Source: Nanobdellota archaeon
Lineage (GTDB): Archaea; Nanobdellota; Nanobdellia; Woesearchaeales; GW2011-AR9
DNA: 58,865 nt
Direction of reading: 5' to 3'
NCBI GenBank assembly: GCA_038046465.1
Contig: JBBSWB010000041.1
Location: 1 to 58,865 of the forward strand
In this document: positions 1 through 9,631 of the stretch, in pieces
Layout: the number at the start of each line of letters is the position of its first letter
Numbering within the stretch: position 1 is the first letter of the stretch
Program-made: the position numbers and the translations under genes
Notes under the pieces: model-generated
Database searches by the model: none
What the model was told of the DNA's origin: nothing
Seen by the model: the letters and a program-made list of their open reading frames with translations, nothing else

Positions 1-98
1 GATTTCTGTACTCGAGAATATAGATTAAATCACTTCAGAATACTGAAGTATTACTTAAATGCAAAAACTTTATAAAGACTTAATTGACAAAAGCAAGA

Positions 99-785
99 AT
101 GGCTGAAAAAATTAAATTACATGATTTTGTAGAAGTAGACTATACTGGAAAGCTTCCAGAAGGGCTGGTATTTGACACCACTATAGAAAAAGTGGCTAAA
201 GAAAATGATATGTATTCTGCACAGATGAAATTTTCTCCCGCTACAGTTTGTGTGGGGGAAAGACAAATTCTGCCTGGATTAGACCAAGAATTAGAAGGAA
301 AAGAAATTGGAATAGAATATACGATTACTTTACCTCCTGAAAAGGCCTTTGGTAAAAGAGATATTAAGAGAATGAAAATTATTCCGGCAGGAACTTTTAA
401 AGAACATAAAATAAACCCTCAGCCTGGACTGCAAGTAGATATTGACGGAGAGATGGGCATCATAACCCATATTTCCGGAGGAAGAATCATTGTTAATTTT
501 AATCATCCTTTAGCTGGAAAAGAAGTTATTTACACTTTCAAAATAAATCGAAAAATTGAAGACGATCAGGAAAAAGTAATCGCTTTCTTGTCTACTTTGC
601 TAGGTCTTCCAAAAGAAAAAACAGAAGTGAAAGTAGTTGAAAACAAAGCAACGGTAATTTTGCCAATAGAACTTCCTGCGCCAGTAACGGATCTGCTTAA
701 GAAAAGACTGGTAGAAGTAACTTCCTTAACCGAAGTAGTATTCGAGAAAAAAGAAGCTACTAAAGAAACAAAAGCTAAGAAATAA
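99..785 (+). CDS. FKBP-type peptidyl-prolyl cis-trans isomerase (archaeal long FKBP/SlyD-like)
   Basis: ORF 84..785 with FKBP-like motifs (VDYTGKL..G.VFDTT, ILPGLDQEL.GK, NFNHPLAGK). A TATA-like TTTATAAA at 69-76 favours the ATG at 99 over the TTG at 84. Confidence 0.85.
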   Translation: MAEKIKLHDFVEVDYTGKLPEGLVFDTTIEKVAKENDMYSAQMKFSPATVCVGERQILPGLDQELEGKEIGIEYTITLPPEKAFGKRDIKRMKIIPAGTFKEHKINPQPGLQVDIDGEMGIITHISGGRIIVNFNHPLAGKEVIYTFKINRKIEDDQEKVIAFLSTLLGLPKEKTEVKVVENKATVILPIELPAPVTDLLKKRLVEVTSLTEVVFEKKEATKETKAKK

Positions 786-880
786 AAAATAACCTTATGA
801 ATTAAAGTTATTTCTGTTTTTATTATTCCGTTGGTATTGTTTAGTTAATTTAATAAACTTCTTAAATTTACTTATTCTTA

Positions 881-2449
881 ATGTCAGAAAAAAGAGAACT
901 AAAGAGATTAAGCGAAGATTTAGTTCTAGCTTTAAATTGGGCTGCTGCGGAATATTATTATTTTAAGGAATTACAAAAGGAATTTGAAATTATAGGAAAA
1001 AAACGCGATGAAGCGCCTTATGCTAAAGAAGCTCGTCGAGTAGCAAAAATTGTTAAGTATATTTGCTCAGCAGAAAGGAGAACAGACCAATTTGAAGAAA
1101 AAGCAAGAAAAAAAAATGAAGATTTTGCTGAAGAATTAAGTAAACGTCTTGGAGAAAATATTGCTTTAATGGATTTAATTAAGGGATTTAGAGCAATCGC
1201 TAAAGAACTGAATGTAGAACATGCACATTTAGCAGCGTTCGCAAGCAGATATGACGGGTTTGTGAATGAATATATCGGTAAACTCGGCGGATATTCAGCA
1301 GCTCATTCTAAACTATATACATATATCAAGAGGTCTCCGGATTTAAAATCAGAAGAGCAGGAGAAAGTTAGTATCGCTGTTTCCAAATTTATAGAGCAAA
1401 CAAAAGAACAAGTTCAAGATGCTCAAAGATGGATCGCCGCTTTAGAAGCGAGCCTGAGGAAAGCTTACAATTATACGTCGGGATTCAAATTGACTGAAAA
1501 GAAAGAAGCCAGGTTAACCGAAAAAGAAGAAAACTTGAAAATCTTGCATGAACAACGCTGGCCCTTTCCAGATAGAGACGAAAGAACAAATTTTCTTGTC
1601 CAACAACCTACGGAAGATTTGCGCCAATTGATTAAAAAAATGGCTCGATATAGGTATGCGCACGGAATCCTTCAAACATCTTATTTTTTTACTGAAGGCA
1701 TGCTTCTTGCAATAGATCCATTAATGAAAAAGCAAATAACTTGGAAAGAAATTGTGGAAGATTTACCAATGGCGGATTTGACAGAAGAAGGCCGTTCTAA
1801 TTTACAGCATTACGCTAAATTGTTTATTTATGGATACCTTAGGGTTTATTTAAAATTAAACAAGGCCGGATATTTCAAGTATTTTCCAAATCACGAAGAA
1901 ACCTGCAAGCTTTATGAATTTATGCGCCAGCTCGTGCATGAAGTGGAAAGAAGCAACGTCGACTTTGTTTATGCAATTGACCGCAGCGGCAGGATTCTAG
2001 GTTTCTTACTTTACCAAGTCTTAAAAAAGCTCGGGAAACTGGGAAAAACAAAATTTTATTTTATGTACGCTACTAAGGAAATGGACGTTGCTCTTTATTC
2101 CGAAAAGCAGAAAAAAGAAATTCGTGGCAAGAAAGTTTTATTGATTGATGATTTTTCTTCAGTAGGTAACACTATGACTTCAACTCTTTCTTATCTTCGA
2201 GCATTCGGACCTGAAAAAGTTATTCCTTATGTATTTGCAAGCTTCGGCTACCGTCCTTTGCGTGGAAGAGAAGATTACCATATTGTTTACGACCAAGAGC
2301 CCAGTTGGTTCTGGAAAAAAGAATATTCCGGTCTAAATGAAAAACCGCACGGAGGAGTAGAAGTCAATAAAGGTGCTAAAGAAATTTCTCGAAAGGTTAG
2401 AAAAGTCTTAATTACCTTTGCCGAAGTCATTGCTGAATATTATTACTGA
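881..2449 (+). CDS. Hypothetical protein: N-terminal helical/coiled-coil region plus C-terminal phosphoribosyltransferase-like domain (paralog of 6891..8402)
   Basis: 522-aa ORF. The C-terminal KKVLLIDDFSSVGNTMTS resembles the PRPP-binding loop of type I PRTases. The N-terminus aligns with 6891..8402 (W.AAE..Y..ELQ, AERR, W..AL.A.L.KA). Confidence 0.6.
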   Translation: MSEKRELKRLSEDLVLALNWAAAEYYYFKELQKEFEIIGKKRDEAPYAKEARRVAKIVKYICSAERRTDQFEEKARKKNEDFAEELSKRLGENIALMDLIKGFRAIAKELNVEHAHLAAFASRYDGFVNEYIGKLGGYSAAHSKLYTYIKRSPDLKSEEQEKVSIAVSKFIEQTKEQVQDAQRWIAALEASLRKAYNYTSGFKLTEKKEARLTEKEENLKILHEQRWPFPDRDERTNFLVQQPTEDLRQLIKKMARYRYAHGILQTSYFFTEGMLLAIDPLMKKQITWKEIVEDLPMADLTEEGRSNLQHYAKLFIYGYLRVYLKLNKAGYFKYFPNHEETCKLYEFMRQLVHEVERSNVDFVYAIDRSGRILGFLLYQVLKKLGKLGKTKFYFMYATKEMDVALYSEKQKKEIRGKKVLLIDDFSSVGNTMTSTLSYLRAFGPEKVIPYVFASFGYRPLRGREDYHIVYDQEPSWFWKKEYSGLNEKPHGGVEVNKGAKEISRKVRKVLITFAEVIAEYYY

Positions 2450-2478
2450 TTTGATTAAGAAATTAAAAAAATTAAAAT

Positions 2479-2622
2479 TTATTTCATTCTTCTTTTTAAT
2501 TTGGCTAAAGCTTCATAATCTGCTTTGGTGCCGCTGCCGCCTTGACATTTGGTTTCTAAATTTTTAAGTTCGTCTTTCAAAACCGAATACCTTCTTTCCA
2601 AATCGCGTTTGCTTATAGTCAT
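2479..2622 (-). CDS. Small coiled-coil protein (47 aa), not in the ORF track
   Basis: My translation: MTISKRDLERRYSVLKDELKNLETKCQGGSGTKADYEALAKLKRRMK. A GGTGA Shine-Dalgarno-like motif lies 6-7 nt upstream of the ATG at 2622, and the stop TAA is at 2479-2481. Confidence 0.4.
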   Translation of the reverse strand: MTISKRDLERRYSVLKDELKNLETKCQGGSGTKADYEALAKLKRRMK

Positions 2623-2783
2623 GTTTTCACCTTTGCTTAGATTAATATTGGATTAAATTTGTTTAATATTAATAAACGAGATTAATAAACTAATACGGAT
2701 TAAGTTAATCTCTTAATCCCCTAAATGATTAAACCTATAAAAAGTTAACTGTTTTTGGAGAATATGTAAAAAGAGATTTATTT

Positions 2784-3059
2784 CTAATCTCCCAAAATTT
2801 TATAGGCAACTAGTGCCCCATAAGGAAGAATCACTTGATCTGGCGATGCAAAACTAAAACTAAAACCCGCAATCAAATCTACAGCAACGGCATAATCTGC
2901 TTTTGCTTTCAGTATTTTAAAATCATTTTTATGGTGGGTTAAATCAACTACAAAAATCTTCTTTTCTTCAAACTTTTTAAAAGCATCTTTAAGCGTGGGC
3001 GCATCTTTAAGTAGATCGACTAGCGAAGGATTCAATGTTTGTTTTTCTGTTGCGGTCAT
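2784..3059 (-). CDS. Hypothetical protein (91 aa)
   Basis: Intact ORF in an otherwise gene-free gap, with no recognisable motif. Confidence 0.4.
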   Translation of the reverse strand: MTATEKQTLNPSLVDLLKDAPTLKDAFKKFEEKKIFVVDLTHHKNDFKILKAKADYAVAVDLIAGFSFSFASPDQVILPYGALVAYKILGD

Positions 3060-3109
3060 AAATTAGTGGAGACTTTATTGGAATTATAAGCTTTTTGGGT
3101 TTGGAGAAT

Positions 3110-3541
3110 TCATTTAAAATTGGTTCTCAAAAAATTATAAATTTCTTCTAAACAATTACAAACTTCTGGGAATTTTAATAATTTCTTCGCTTCCCCAAAT
3201 CTAAACCAAGCAAATCCCTGGTGTTCAGAAGAAATAATCGGGTTTTTACTACATAGGCCCGCAAACAGCACAATTTTACGCAAAGAACCGGAAGGAGCTG
3301 TATACTCATAAGTAAATTCTTTTGATTGTTTATTTTCTTTTATAATAATCATATCTTTATCGGTATTTAAGTTCACTTCTTCCATTAGTTCTCGTGTTGC
3401 TGTTTCATAACAGGTTTCAGAGTTTTCTTGATGTCCCTTTGGAAAATCCCATTCCCCTTGATTGGGGTGTTTTAGTAATAAAAATAAGATTTCTGGTGAT
3501 TTGCGGTATAATACAAACCCGCAAGAAATTTCCTTTTTCAT
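3110..3541 (-). CDS. NUDIX hydrolase
   Basis: Nudix box G.....E.......REL.EE..L is present as GHQENSETCYETATRELMEEVNL. Confidence 0.85.
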   Translation of the reverse strand: MKKEISCGFVLYRKSPEILFLLLKHPNQGEWDFPKGHQENSETCYETATRELMEEVNLNTDKDMIIIKENKQSKEFTYEYTAPSGSLRKIVLFAGLCSKNPIISSEHQGFAWFRFGEAKKLLKFPEVCNCLEEIYNFLRTNFK

Positions 3542-3739
3542 ACTTAGTTTATTTTTAAATTTTATTTATATACTTTTCTAAATAATATTTCTAAATAGTA
3601 TGCTCCTTTTAACTTCTTTTAACTCATTTTAACCCGCGTTGAGAAGATAGGTTTCAGTGCAATAATCTTTATATATCCTTTCTTTTTTTAATTAAGCAAG
3701 GGATTAGTTGAGGGTAGTTAAAAAAAGGTGGTTTTTAAG

Positions 3740-4945
3740 ATGGATAATTATAACGATAATACTTATAAAGAAAATTTTGCTGAAAAAAAAATAGTTAGCC
3801 CGCTGGAAAAAACTTCACGGGAAGTCCGAACTTCTAAAGAAGCAGAGTATTATAAAGAACCGGTTCGCGCTGAACAAATTTCTCATAAGAAAGCTAATGC
3901 TGATATTGACGCGGAATTAGAACAATTAATTGCTGCCCAAAAAACAAAGATAAAAGTTATTGGTTGTGGGGGAGCAGGTAATAATACGATTAACCGCATT
4001 TCTGAAGTAGGAATAAAAGGTATTGAAACCGTTGCTATAAATACGGATGCTCAAGACTTGTTATATACTTCTGCGGATAAAAAGATTCTGATTGGAAAAG
4101 AATTAACCCAAGGATTGGGAGCAGGTTCAAATCCGCGTATAGGAGAAGAAGCGGCTAAAGAAAACGAACACGAACTTAAAAAGATGCTGGAAGGAGCAGA
4201 TATGATTTTTATTACCTGCGGTTTAGGCGGAGGAACGGGAACGGGTAGTGCTCCTTTTGTAGCCCAATTAGCTAAAAAAGTAGGAATCCTTAGTGTAGGT
4301 ATTGTAACTATTCCTTTTTCCATGGAAGGTTCACACCGCTTTGAAAATGCCATGATGGGATTAGAAAAGTTAGAACAGAATATTAATACTTTAATTGTTA
4401 TTCCTAATGAAAAATTATTGGAGATAGCTCCTAATTTACCGTTGCAAACTGCATTTAAGATTGCTGATGAAATTTTAACCAACGCCGTTAAAGGGATTGC
4501 TGAATTAGTTACTAAAGCCGGATTAGTCAACCTTGATTTTGCTGACGTAAAAGCAATTATGGGTGAAGGCGGAGTAGCGTTGATTGGCGTAGGAGAATCT
4601 GATTCGGAAAATCGCGCCGAAGAATCCGTGCACAAAGCTTTAGAAAATCCTTTGATTGATGTAGATATATCCAATGCTACTGGCGCTTTAATCAATATTT
4701 GCGGCGGAGAAAGCCTTTCTCTGGACGAATCCCGAAAAATTGTGGAAACAGTAGCCCGAAGTCTTGACCCTAAAGCAAAAATAATTTGGGGAGCACAGAT
4801 CTCTAAAGATTTAGAAAGAACTATCCGGACTATGCTAATCATTACGGGAGTAAGTTCGGAACAGATTTTCGGAGAAGACAATACTTATTTCCAACGAAAA
4901 AAAGAGCAAACTGAAGACGATTTGGGAATAGAATTTGTGAGTTGA
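3740..4945 (+). CDS. ftsZ: Cell division GTPase FtsZ
   Basis: GCGGAGNNTINR and GGGTGTGSAP tubulin/FtsZ signatures. AAGGTGG lies 9 nt upstream of the ATG at 3740; the ORF track opens at the GTG at 3728. There is an N-terminal extension of about 70 aa. Confidence 0.95.
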   Translation: MDNYNDNTYKENFAEKKIVSPLEKTSREVRTSKEAEYYKEPVRAEQISHKKANADIDAELEQLIAAQKTKIKVIGCGGAGNNTINRISEVGIKGIETVAINTDAQDLLYTSADKKILIGKELTQGLGAGSNPRIGEEAAKENEHELKKMLEGADMIFITCGLGGGTGTGSAPFVAQLAKKVGILSVGIVTIPFSMEGSHRFENAMMGLEKLEQNINTLIVIPNEKLLEIAPNLPLQTAFKIADEILTNAVKGIAELVTKAGLVNLDFADVKAIMGEGGVALIGVGESDSENRAEESVHKALENPLIDVDISNATGALINICGGESLSLDESRKIVETVARSLDPKAKIIWGAQISKDLERTIRTMLIITGVSSEQIFGEDNTYFQRKKEQTEDDLGIEFVS

Positions 4946-4995
4946 GATTTTTTATAATTTTAAAAGTCTAAAAAAATAATCTAAAAAATAAAAAA

Positions 4996-5475
4996 TTATA
5001 TTTCCTGTTTCATGTCTAATTCTATGACCGAGTCAATTTTCCGGATCTCGTACTTGTCTTCTGCTAATGCAGTCATTAAGCCTTCTACATTTAAAAGCTT
5101 ACGAGAGAGCATGGCTAGTTGCGTATGGTAATGCCTGACTTCATCTCTATTCATTAATTCACCAGTGCTCCACCATTTCCATTGTTCCCGGACAGGATTC
5201 TGTCTAACTTGCTCTACTTCTCGACGTACGTGGTCCCTTAAATCAACTAAATTCATTAAGGTTTCGTCTATGCACCTTAAATGGGATTCCATTCTTTGGT
5301 CTTCGAAGTGGGTTCTGCAATCGTTCCCTGTTGGCTCGGATTGCACTAAGTGCACCGCTGAGCTGAACCTATTTTCAATCACGGCGTATAAACCGTCTCT
5401 CTGTAAGAGATTAGTGTTTTCGTCTACTAAAGCCAGGTATTCTGGCCGATTTGCGTCTTTACATGTTTTTTTCAT
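4996..5475 (-). CDS. Hypothetical protein (159 aa), compositionally atypical
   Basis: Intact ORF with a strong GGAGGAG Shine-Dalgarno about 8 nt upstream. It is visibly more GC-rich and more R/H/W-rich than its neighbours. Confidence 0.55.
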   Translation of the reverse strand: MKKTCKDANRPEYLALVDENTNLLQRDGLYAVIENRFSSAVHLVQSEPTGNDCRTHFEDQRMESHLRCIDETLMNLVDLRDHVRREVEQVRQNPVREQWKWWSTGELMNRDEVRHYHTQLAMLSRKLLNVEGLMTALAEDKYEIRKIDSVIELDMKQEI

Positions 5476-5601
5476 TTTTGTTCTCCTCCCCGTTTATCTC
5501 CCGTAGGATGTTGTCAAAGGACTGGTCCTTTGAGCAAAGCCCGGTCGGCTTTTTTATAGCTTGGTCTGTTTAGTTATGGTAACTAAAGCAGAATTCCAAT
5601 G

Positions 5602-5663
5602 GTTTGAATTTAGAGTAAGATTATAAGACAAGATTTACAGTCTTAGAAAATCTAAATTCAAAC
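5602..5663. repeat. Long inverted repeat/hairpin (13-bp arms GTTTGAATTTAGA / TCTAAATTCAAAC with a nested TAAGAC/GTCTTA)
   Basis: Read directly from the sequence. It lies inside the 435-bp gap between the divergent genes 4996..5475 and 5911..6840. Confidence 0.6.
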
Positions 5664-5855
5664 GTAACTAAAATAAATAAAAGTAGAACTAACTAAAAGA
5701 ACTTTACCCGATCCTTTGCTAGTTTTTTGTTTCATGTTAGTTGAAAATAACACCAAATATATAAACCTTTTGGTTATTTTGTCACAATTGAGTAGTTACG
5801 AGTACAAGAAGAGGCACTTTAAATTGTTCTTAAATAAAGTAACTACTATTTAGTA

Positions 5856-5870
5856 GCGAAAGATTTATAA
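5856..5870 (+). promoter_or_regulatory. BRE/TATA-like promoter motif GCGAAAGATTTATAA
   Basis: The identical 15-mer recurs at 47762-47776. It lies about 40 nt upstream of the ATG at 5911, with AAGGGGG Shine-Dalgarno-like sequence in between. Confidence 0.5.
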
Positions 5871-5910
5871 AGATAGGCTATTTTTAGTCATTGAATAAGG
5901 GGGTATTAAA

Positions 5911-6840
5911 ATGGATATTAAAAAAATAAGAGCAGAACTGGAAACACTTGTTATAGATAACCCGGAAAATAGATTCTATCAACGAACAGGTTTACCAATG
6001 CCAAGCAATAGGGATAAGAGCTGGGATTATAACCGGGGCGTTATTAATTTAAACGCTTATGGTATGGGTATTCTTTTTGGTCGAGAAGCATATTTAGAAC
6101 AACTTTTACAAACCTTGCCAGCACAAGATGAAACTTCAGAAGAAGCACAACAAGAAGTTAAAAAAATGCTAGCTCTGGAAGTATATGACAATATTGCAAA
6201 AAGACTAGAAAAATTAGCTATATCTTTACAATCTTCTTGGGAATATAAAGAAAGGGCCAGGCAACTTTGGGATGACGTCCGCGAATACGGTAGAAAATCT
6301 CAGTCCTGCAAAAAAGAAATAACTCATCCAACAGTTTTGCAGTCTCTGCGCTATCAAGAGGCCCTAACTTATGAACAAGACAATCGAACAAAATTGGATA
6401 TGGGTGACGAACATAACCGTGATCGATTTTGTGTTGAAACAGCGGGGCGCTTATGGGCTATTGCTGGGGAAACAGAAAAAGCAGTAAATTATTTTAACCA
6501 AGGCGGGCCATATAGTTATCCCGTTGCTGCTGCTACTTTTGAACGGGTAGGAGATCGGAAAAACGCCCGGGCTTTTTGGATAAAAGCTGCAGAAGACCCT
6601 CAAGGTTACAGCGATCAGCAAGATGTTGATGCTGCGGAATATTGGTTAAAAGTTGGAAATCTTGAGAACGCATTAGCACGTTATGAACGAGCAATGAACT
6701 ATTGGATTTCACAAGATGGGAGTATTGACCTGCATGGTGAAGAAAAACCAGGAAGAGCTGAAGCTGAATCATTAAGAAAACAGGTTGTAGAACCACTAAA
6801 ACAACGGCTTAAACGGAAACAAAAGAAAGCTCGAAAATAA
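5911..6840 (+). CDS. Hypothetical protein (309 aa) with TPR-like C-terminal helices and a basic tail
   Basis: Intact ORF with promoter motif and Shine-Dalgarno upstream. No catalytic motif recognised. Confidence 0.55.
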   Translation: MDIKKIRAELETLVIDNPENRFYQRTGLPMPSNRDKSWDYNRGVINLNAYGMGILFGREAYLEQLLQTLPAQDETSEEAQQEVKKMLALEVYDNIAKRLEKLAISLQSSWEYKERARQLWDDVREYGRKSQSCKKEITHPTVLQSLRYQEALTYEQDNRTKLDMGDEHNRDRFCVETAGRLWAIAGETEKAVNYFNQGGPYSYPVAAATFERVGDRKNARAFWIKAAEDPQGYSDQQDVDAAEYWLKVGNLENALARYERAMNYWISQDGSIDLHGEEKPGRAEAESLRKQVVEPLKQRLKRKQKKARK

Positions 6841-6890
6841 ATTTATTTATTTTTTAATTATAATTTCTTAGTTTATTATCATCAACTTTT

Positions 6891-8402
6891 TTATTCCGTC
6901 GCTTCGCCTAAATAGTAATATACTCTGCCAAAAGCGATTAGAAGTTCTTTAATGAAGCTGATTCTGGCAGTTTGTTCTGGAGCTTCTCCGCTGGGAAATA
7001 CAGTACTATATAATTTTGGTTTTTCCTGCATTTCCTGAAGATGTGAAAGCGGAATAATTTTGCCGCGCCTAGTTCTTACAAATAAAGATGTTGGACGGAT
7101 TCGGTATTTTTTGCATCTATCTATTTCGGTCTGAATTTCAATTTCTAATTTATAATCCTTAGCAATAAAAGCTTCATGGCGAAGATCATCAAGCTGCTCC
7201 AGCCTTTTTTTTAAGTTGTTTCTTTCAGCGGCAGGAGTTAAATTTATTTCTTGATGTTCTTTAGGATCATCGTATCCCCGGTAATGAATCCCTTCTCTTT
7301 GAAAAGCTCGACTAATTCGGTCAATGGTTCCGCCGCGGCTGCTAAAATCTAAAATAGTAAAAGTATCAGCTTTATTCTTTTTTAAAATAAGTTTTACCTG
7401 CTCATTTAAATAGATTATAGCCTCTTTCGATGATTTTTCTTCATCATCATAAGCTGCAGGAGGGGGTTGGATAGTTAACAGTTTTAAACCTTTTCCTAAT
7501 CCTCCCCTTAACATCTCTTGATGGATTCCTTTAGCAACATAATAATTAAACAGGCTACCTAGTAAAGGAAATAAAACTAAGTGATCTGGTGGAGATGCAT
7601 ATTTCAGTAAATGTTTTTTTATAACTCCTGCCGACCAACCCAATTGCAGCAGTAAATCATTATATACCAAATGAAAATTTTTAAAAAAATAAATATCGGC
7701 AGTTTCCCTTCTTATTTTTTTACTGCCTTTCAATCCTAAGGTTCGGAGCTGTCTTCTTCGGAAAAGTTCTGCTAACGTTTTTTTCTGTTTCTTTTCGGGT
7801 TGACTTAAAACCGCAACCACATCGTCCACAGATTTTACTTTATGCAAGATATTCTGTTCAGTTTCAATTTCTTCAAAAATATCTTTGGCTTTAATTAGAG
7901 CTGCATCTAAAGCAGAAACCCACAAAACTAACTGTTTTATTTCGGTTTTCAAATGGGTAAGTTCTTGCTCAACTTTAGTTAACTGGGGTGTCCGATCATG
8001 AAAAGTATTACCCCATCTAACTGGAGCATATTTTTGTTTTCTTTGGACAGCAGTACGCAGCCCATTTAACTCTTCTCTTAATTTACCAACATAAAAAGAA
8101 CCGTATTTTATTAACATCCCGGCAGGGATTTCTATTTGCTTAAGGGTTTCTTCGATTTCTTTCCTAGGTATTTCTTCTTTTCGGGCTGCTTTTAGTTCAG
8201 TAAGAATTTTAGTTACGTCTTTCTCCGCTCTCCGTTCAGCTTTTCCGATGTAATTAATACAAGCAAGGGTTTGCCTCTCATCAAAATATTGCTCCATATC
8301 TAGAAGCTGCTGCAACTCTTGTAGATATTTAAATTCAGCCGCTAGCCATTTAATGGCATGAACCACATCTTTAGTCGGTTTGGTAGACACGTTAATAAGC
8401 AA
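6891..8402 (-). CDS. Hypothetical protein: paralog of 881..2449 with a degenerate PRTase-like C-terminal domain
   Basis: 503-aa ORF with N-terminal motifs shared with 881..2449. The PRPP-loop equivalent FTILDFSSRGGTIDRI has lost the acidic pair. Confidence 0.6.
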   Translation of the reverse strand: MLINVSTKPTKDVVHAIKWLAAEFKYLQELQQLLDMEQYFDERQTLACINYIGKAERRAEKDVTKILTELKAARKEEIPRKEIEETLKQIEIPAGMLIKYGSFYVGKLREELNGLRTAVQRKQKYAPVRWGNTFHDRTPQLTKVEQELTHLKTEIKQLVLWVSALDAALIKAKDIFEEIETEQNILHKVKSVDDVVAVLSQPEKKQKKTLAELFRRRQLRTLGLKGSKKIRRETADIYFFKNFHLVYNDLLLQLGWSAGVIKKHLLKYASPPDHLVLFPLLGSLFNYYVAKGIHQEMLRGGLGKGLKLLTIQPPPAAYDDEEKSSKEAIIYLNEQVKLILKKNKADTFTILDFSSRGGTIDRISRAFQREGIHYRGYDDPKEHQEINLTPAAERNNLKKRLEQLDDLRHEAFIAKDYKLEIEIQTEIDRCKKYRIRPTSLFVRTRRGKIIPLSHLQEMQEKPKLYSTVFPSGEAPEQTARISFIKELLIAFGRVYYYLGEATE

Positions 8403-8571
8403 GAAATTTAACTTTATATATGTTTTGTCAACTCATACAGATTACAAAAGTCGCCTTAGAAATCAAAATTTACCCGTAACCATACAAAAGCATTTTAGCT
8501 TTTGGGGTTTTAAAAAATTGAAAATGATTTTTTAGAAACCTTTATAAATCAAGCCACGTCTTTTAGCATTT

Positions 8572-8760
8572 ATGGACTTTGAAGAAACTAAAACGACTAA
8601 AGTCAAAAGATTTATAAAGGAAACCATTCGGGTTTTGCGTATAACTAAGAAACCCAATAAAGAAGAATACAAAAGTATTGTTAAAGTTACTGGTTTAGGA
8701 ATATGCATCATTGGAGCAATTGGGTTCATCATATTCCTGTTAAAACAACTATTATTTTAA
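8572..8760 (+). CDS. secE: Preprotein translocase subunit SecE/Sec61-gamma
   Basis: 62 aa with a single C-terminal TM helix and basic N-terminus. It sits immediately upstream of spt5, the conserved archaeal order. Confidence 0.85.
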   Translation: MDFEETKTTKVKRFIKETIRVLRITKKPNKEEYKSIVKVTGLGICIIGAIGFIIFLLKQLLF

Positions 8761-8776
8761 AAAAGCAGAAATACAA

Positions 8777-9259
8777 ATGGCAGAAACACAGATATTTGGA
8801 TTAAGAACTGCAGCTAATCGAGAAGATCAGGTAGTAGACTATTTAATTTCTAAATTACAAAAACATCCTAAAGGCATTTTAACCGTAATCCGACCACATG
8901 GAATGAGAGGATATATTTTTATTGAAGCTGAGTCAAAAACTGAAGCAGAAGCAGTTCTGCAAGGTGTTCCTTATGCCCGTGGATTATTACCTCACGAAAT
9001 TCCTTACCCGGAAATAGAACATATGCTGGAACAGGTTAAAGTAGAAATGAATATCCGTAAGAATGATATCGTAGAAATTATTTCTGGTCCGTTCAAGCGG
9101 GAAAATGCAAAAGTCATCCGAATCAATAAGCAGAAAGAAGAAATTGTCGTAGAATTATTGGAAGCTGCTGTACCTATTCCTATTACTATTAAAATGGACG
9201 CAGTAAAAGTAGTCAGAAGAGATGAAGATTCTAAAGACGACGACGAAGAAACTGCTTAA
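8777..9259 (+). CDS. spt5: Transcription elongation factor Spt5 (NusG homolog)
   Basis: NGN domain followed by a KOW motif (DIVEIISGPFKRENAKVIRI), downstream of secE. Confidence 0.9.
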   Translation: MAETQIFGLRTAANREDQVVDYLISKLQKHPKGILTVIRPHGMRGYIFIEAESKTEAEAVLQGVPYARGLLPHEIPYPEIEHMLEQVKVEMNIRKNDIVEIISGPFKRENAKVIRINKQKEEIVVELLEAAVPIPITIKMDAVKVVRRDEDSKDDDEETA

Positions 9260-9329
9260 GTAATTATTTTTTAATATTATTCTTTTCCAGTTCAATAATT
9301 CTTATAAACTGATAAAACTAAAATAGATT

Positions 9330-9614
9330 ATGGTAAAATATTGTGGCCCCTTAGAACACCCAGATTATTATTGCCCCATAGACGGAAGAAAATTACGTTC
9401 TGAAGCAATTATGGATGGGGAATTTACTAGGGGGGAAAGATTCAAGTGTTATAATTGCGGTGCTGATTATTCTACTAATCCAGAAAAACACCCTCAAGAA
9501 GCACGCCTATATTTACGTGAAATAGCCGCAAAAATAAAGAAAATAAAAACAAAAGAGCTTCAACCATTAGAGAAAATTATTGAAGCAGCAGGAGAAAACG
9601 GACTTCTTAAATAA
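9330..9614 (+). CDS. Zinc-ribbon-like small protein (94 aa)
   Basis: Cys pairs YCGP..YYCPIDG and CYNCG. Function unknown. Confidence 0.45.
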   Translation: MVKYCGPLEHPDYYCPIDGRKLRSEAIMDGEFTRGERFKCYNCGADYSTNPEKHPQEARLYLREIAAKIKKIKTKELQPLEKIIEAAGENGLLK

Positions 9615-9631
9615 ATAAAGATTAATACTTT

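Noticed and set aside
4051-4881. 276-aa ORF on the minus strand
   Set aside because: It is entirely antisense to ftsZ, which has unambiguous motifs. Its S/P/A/I-rich translation is typical of a shadow ORF.
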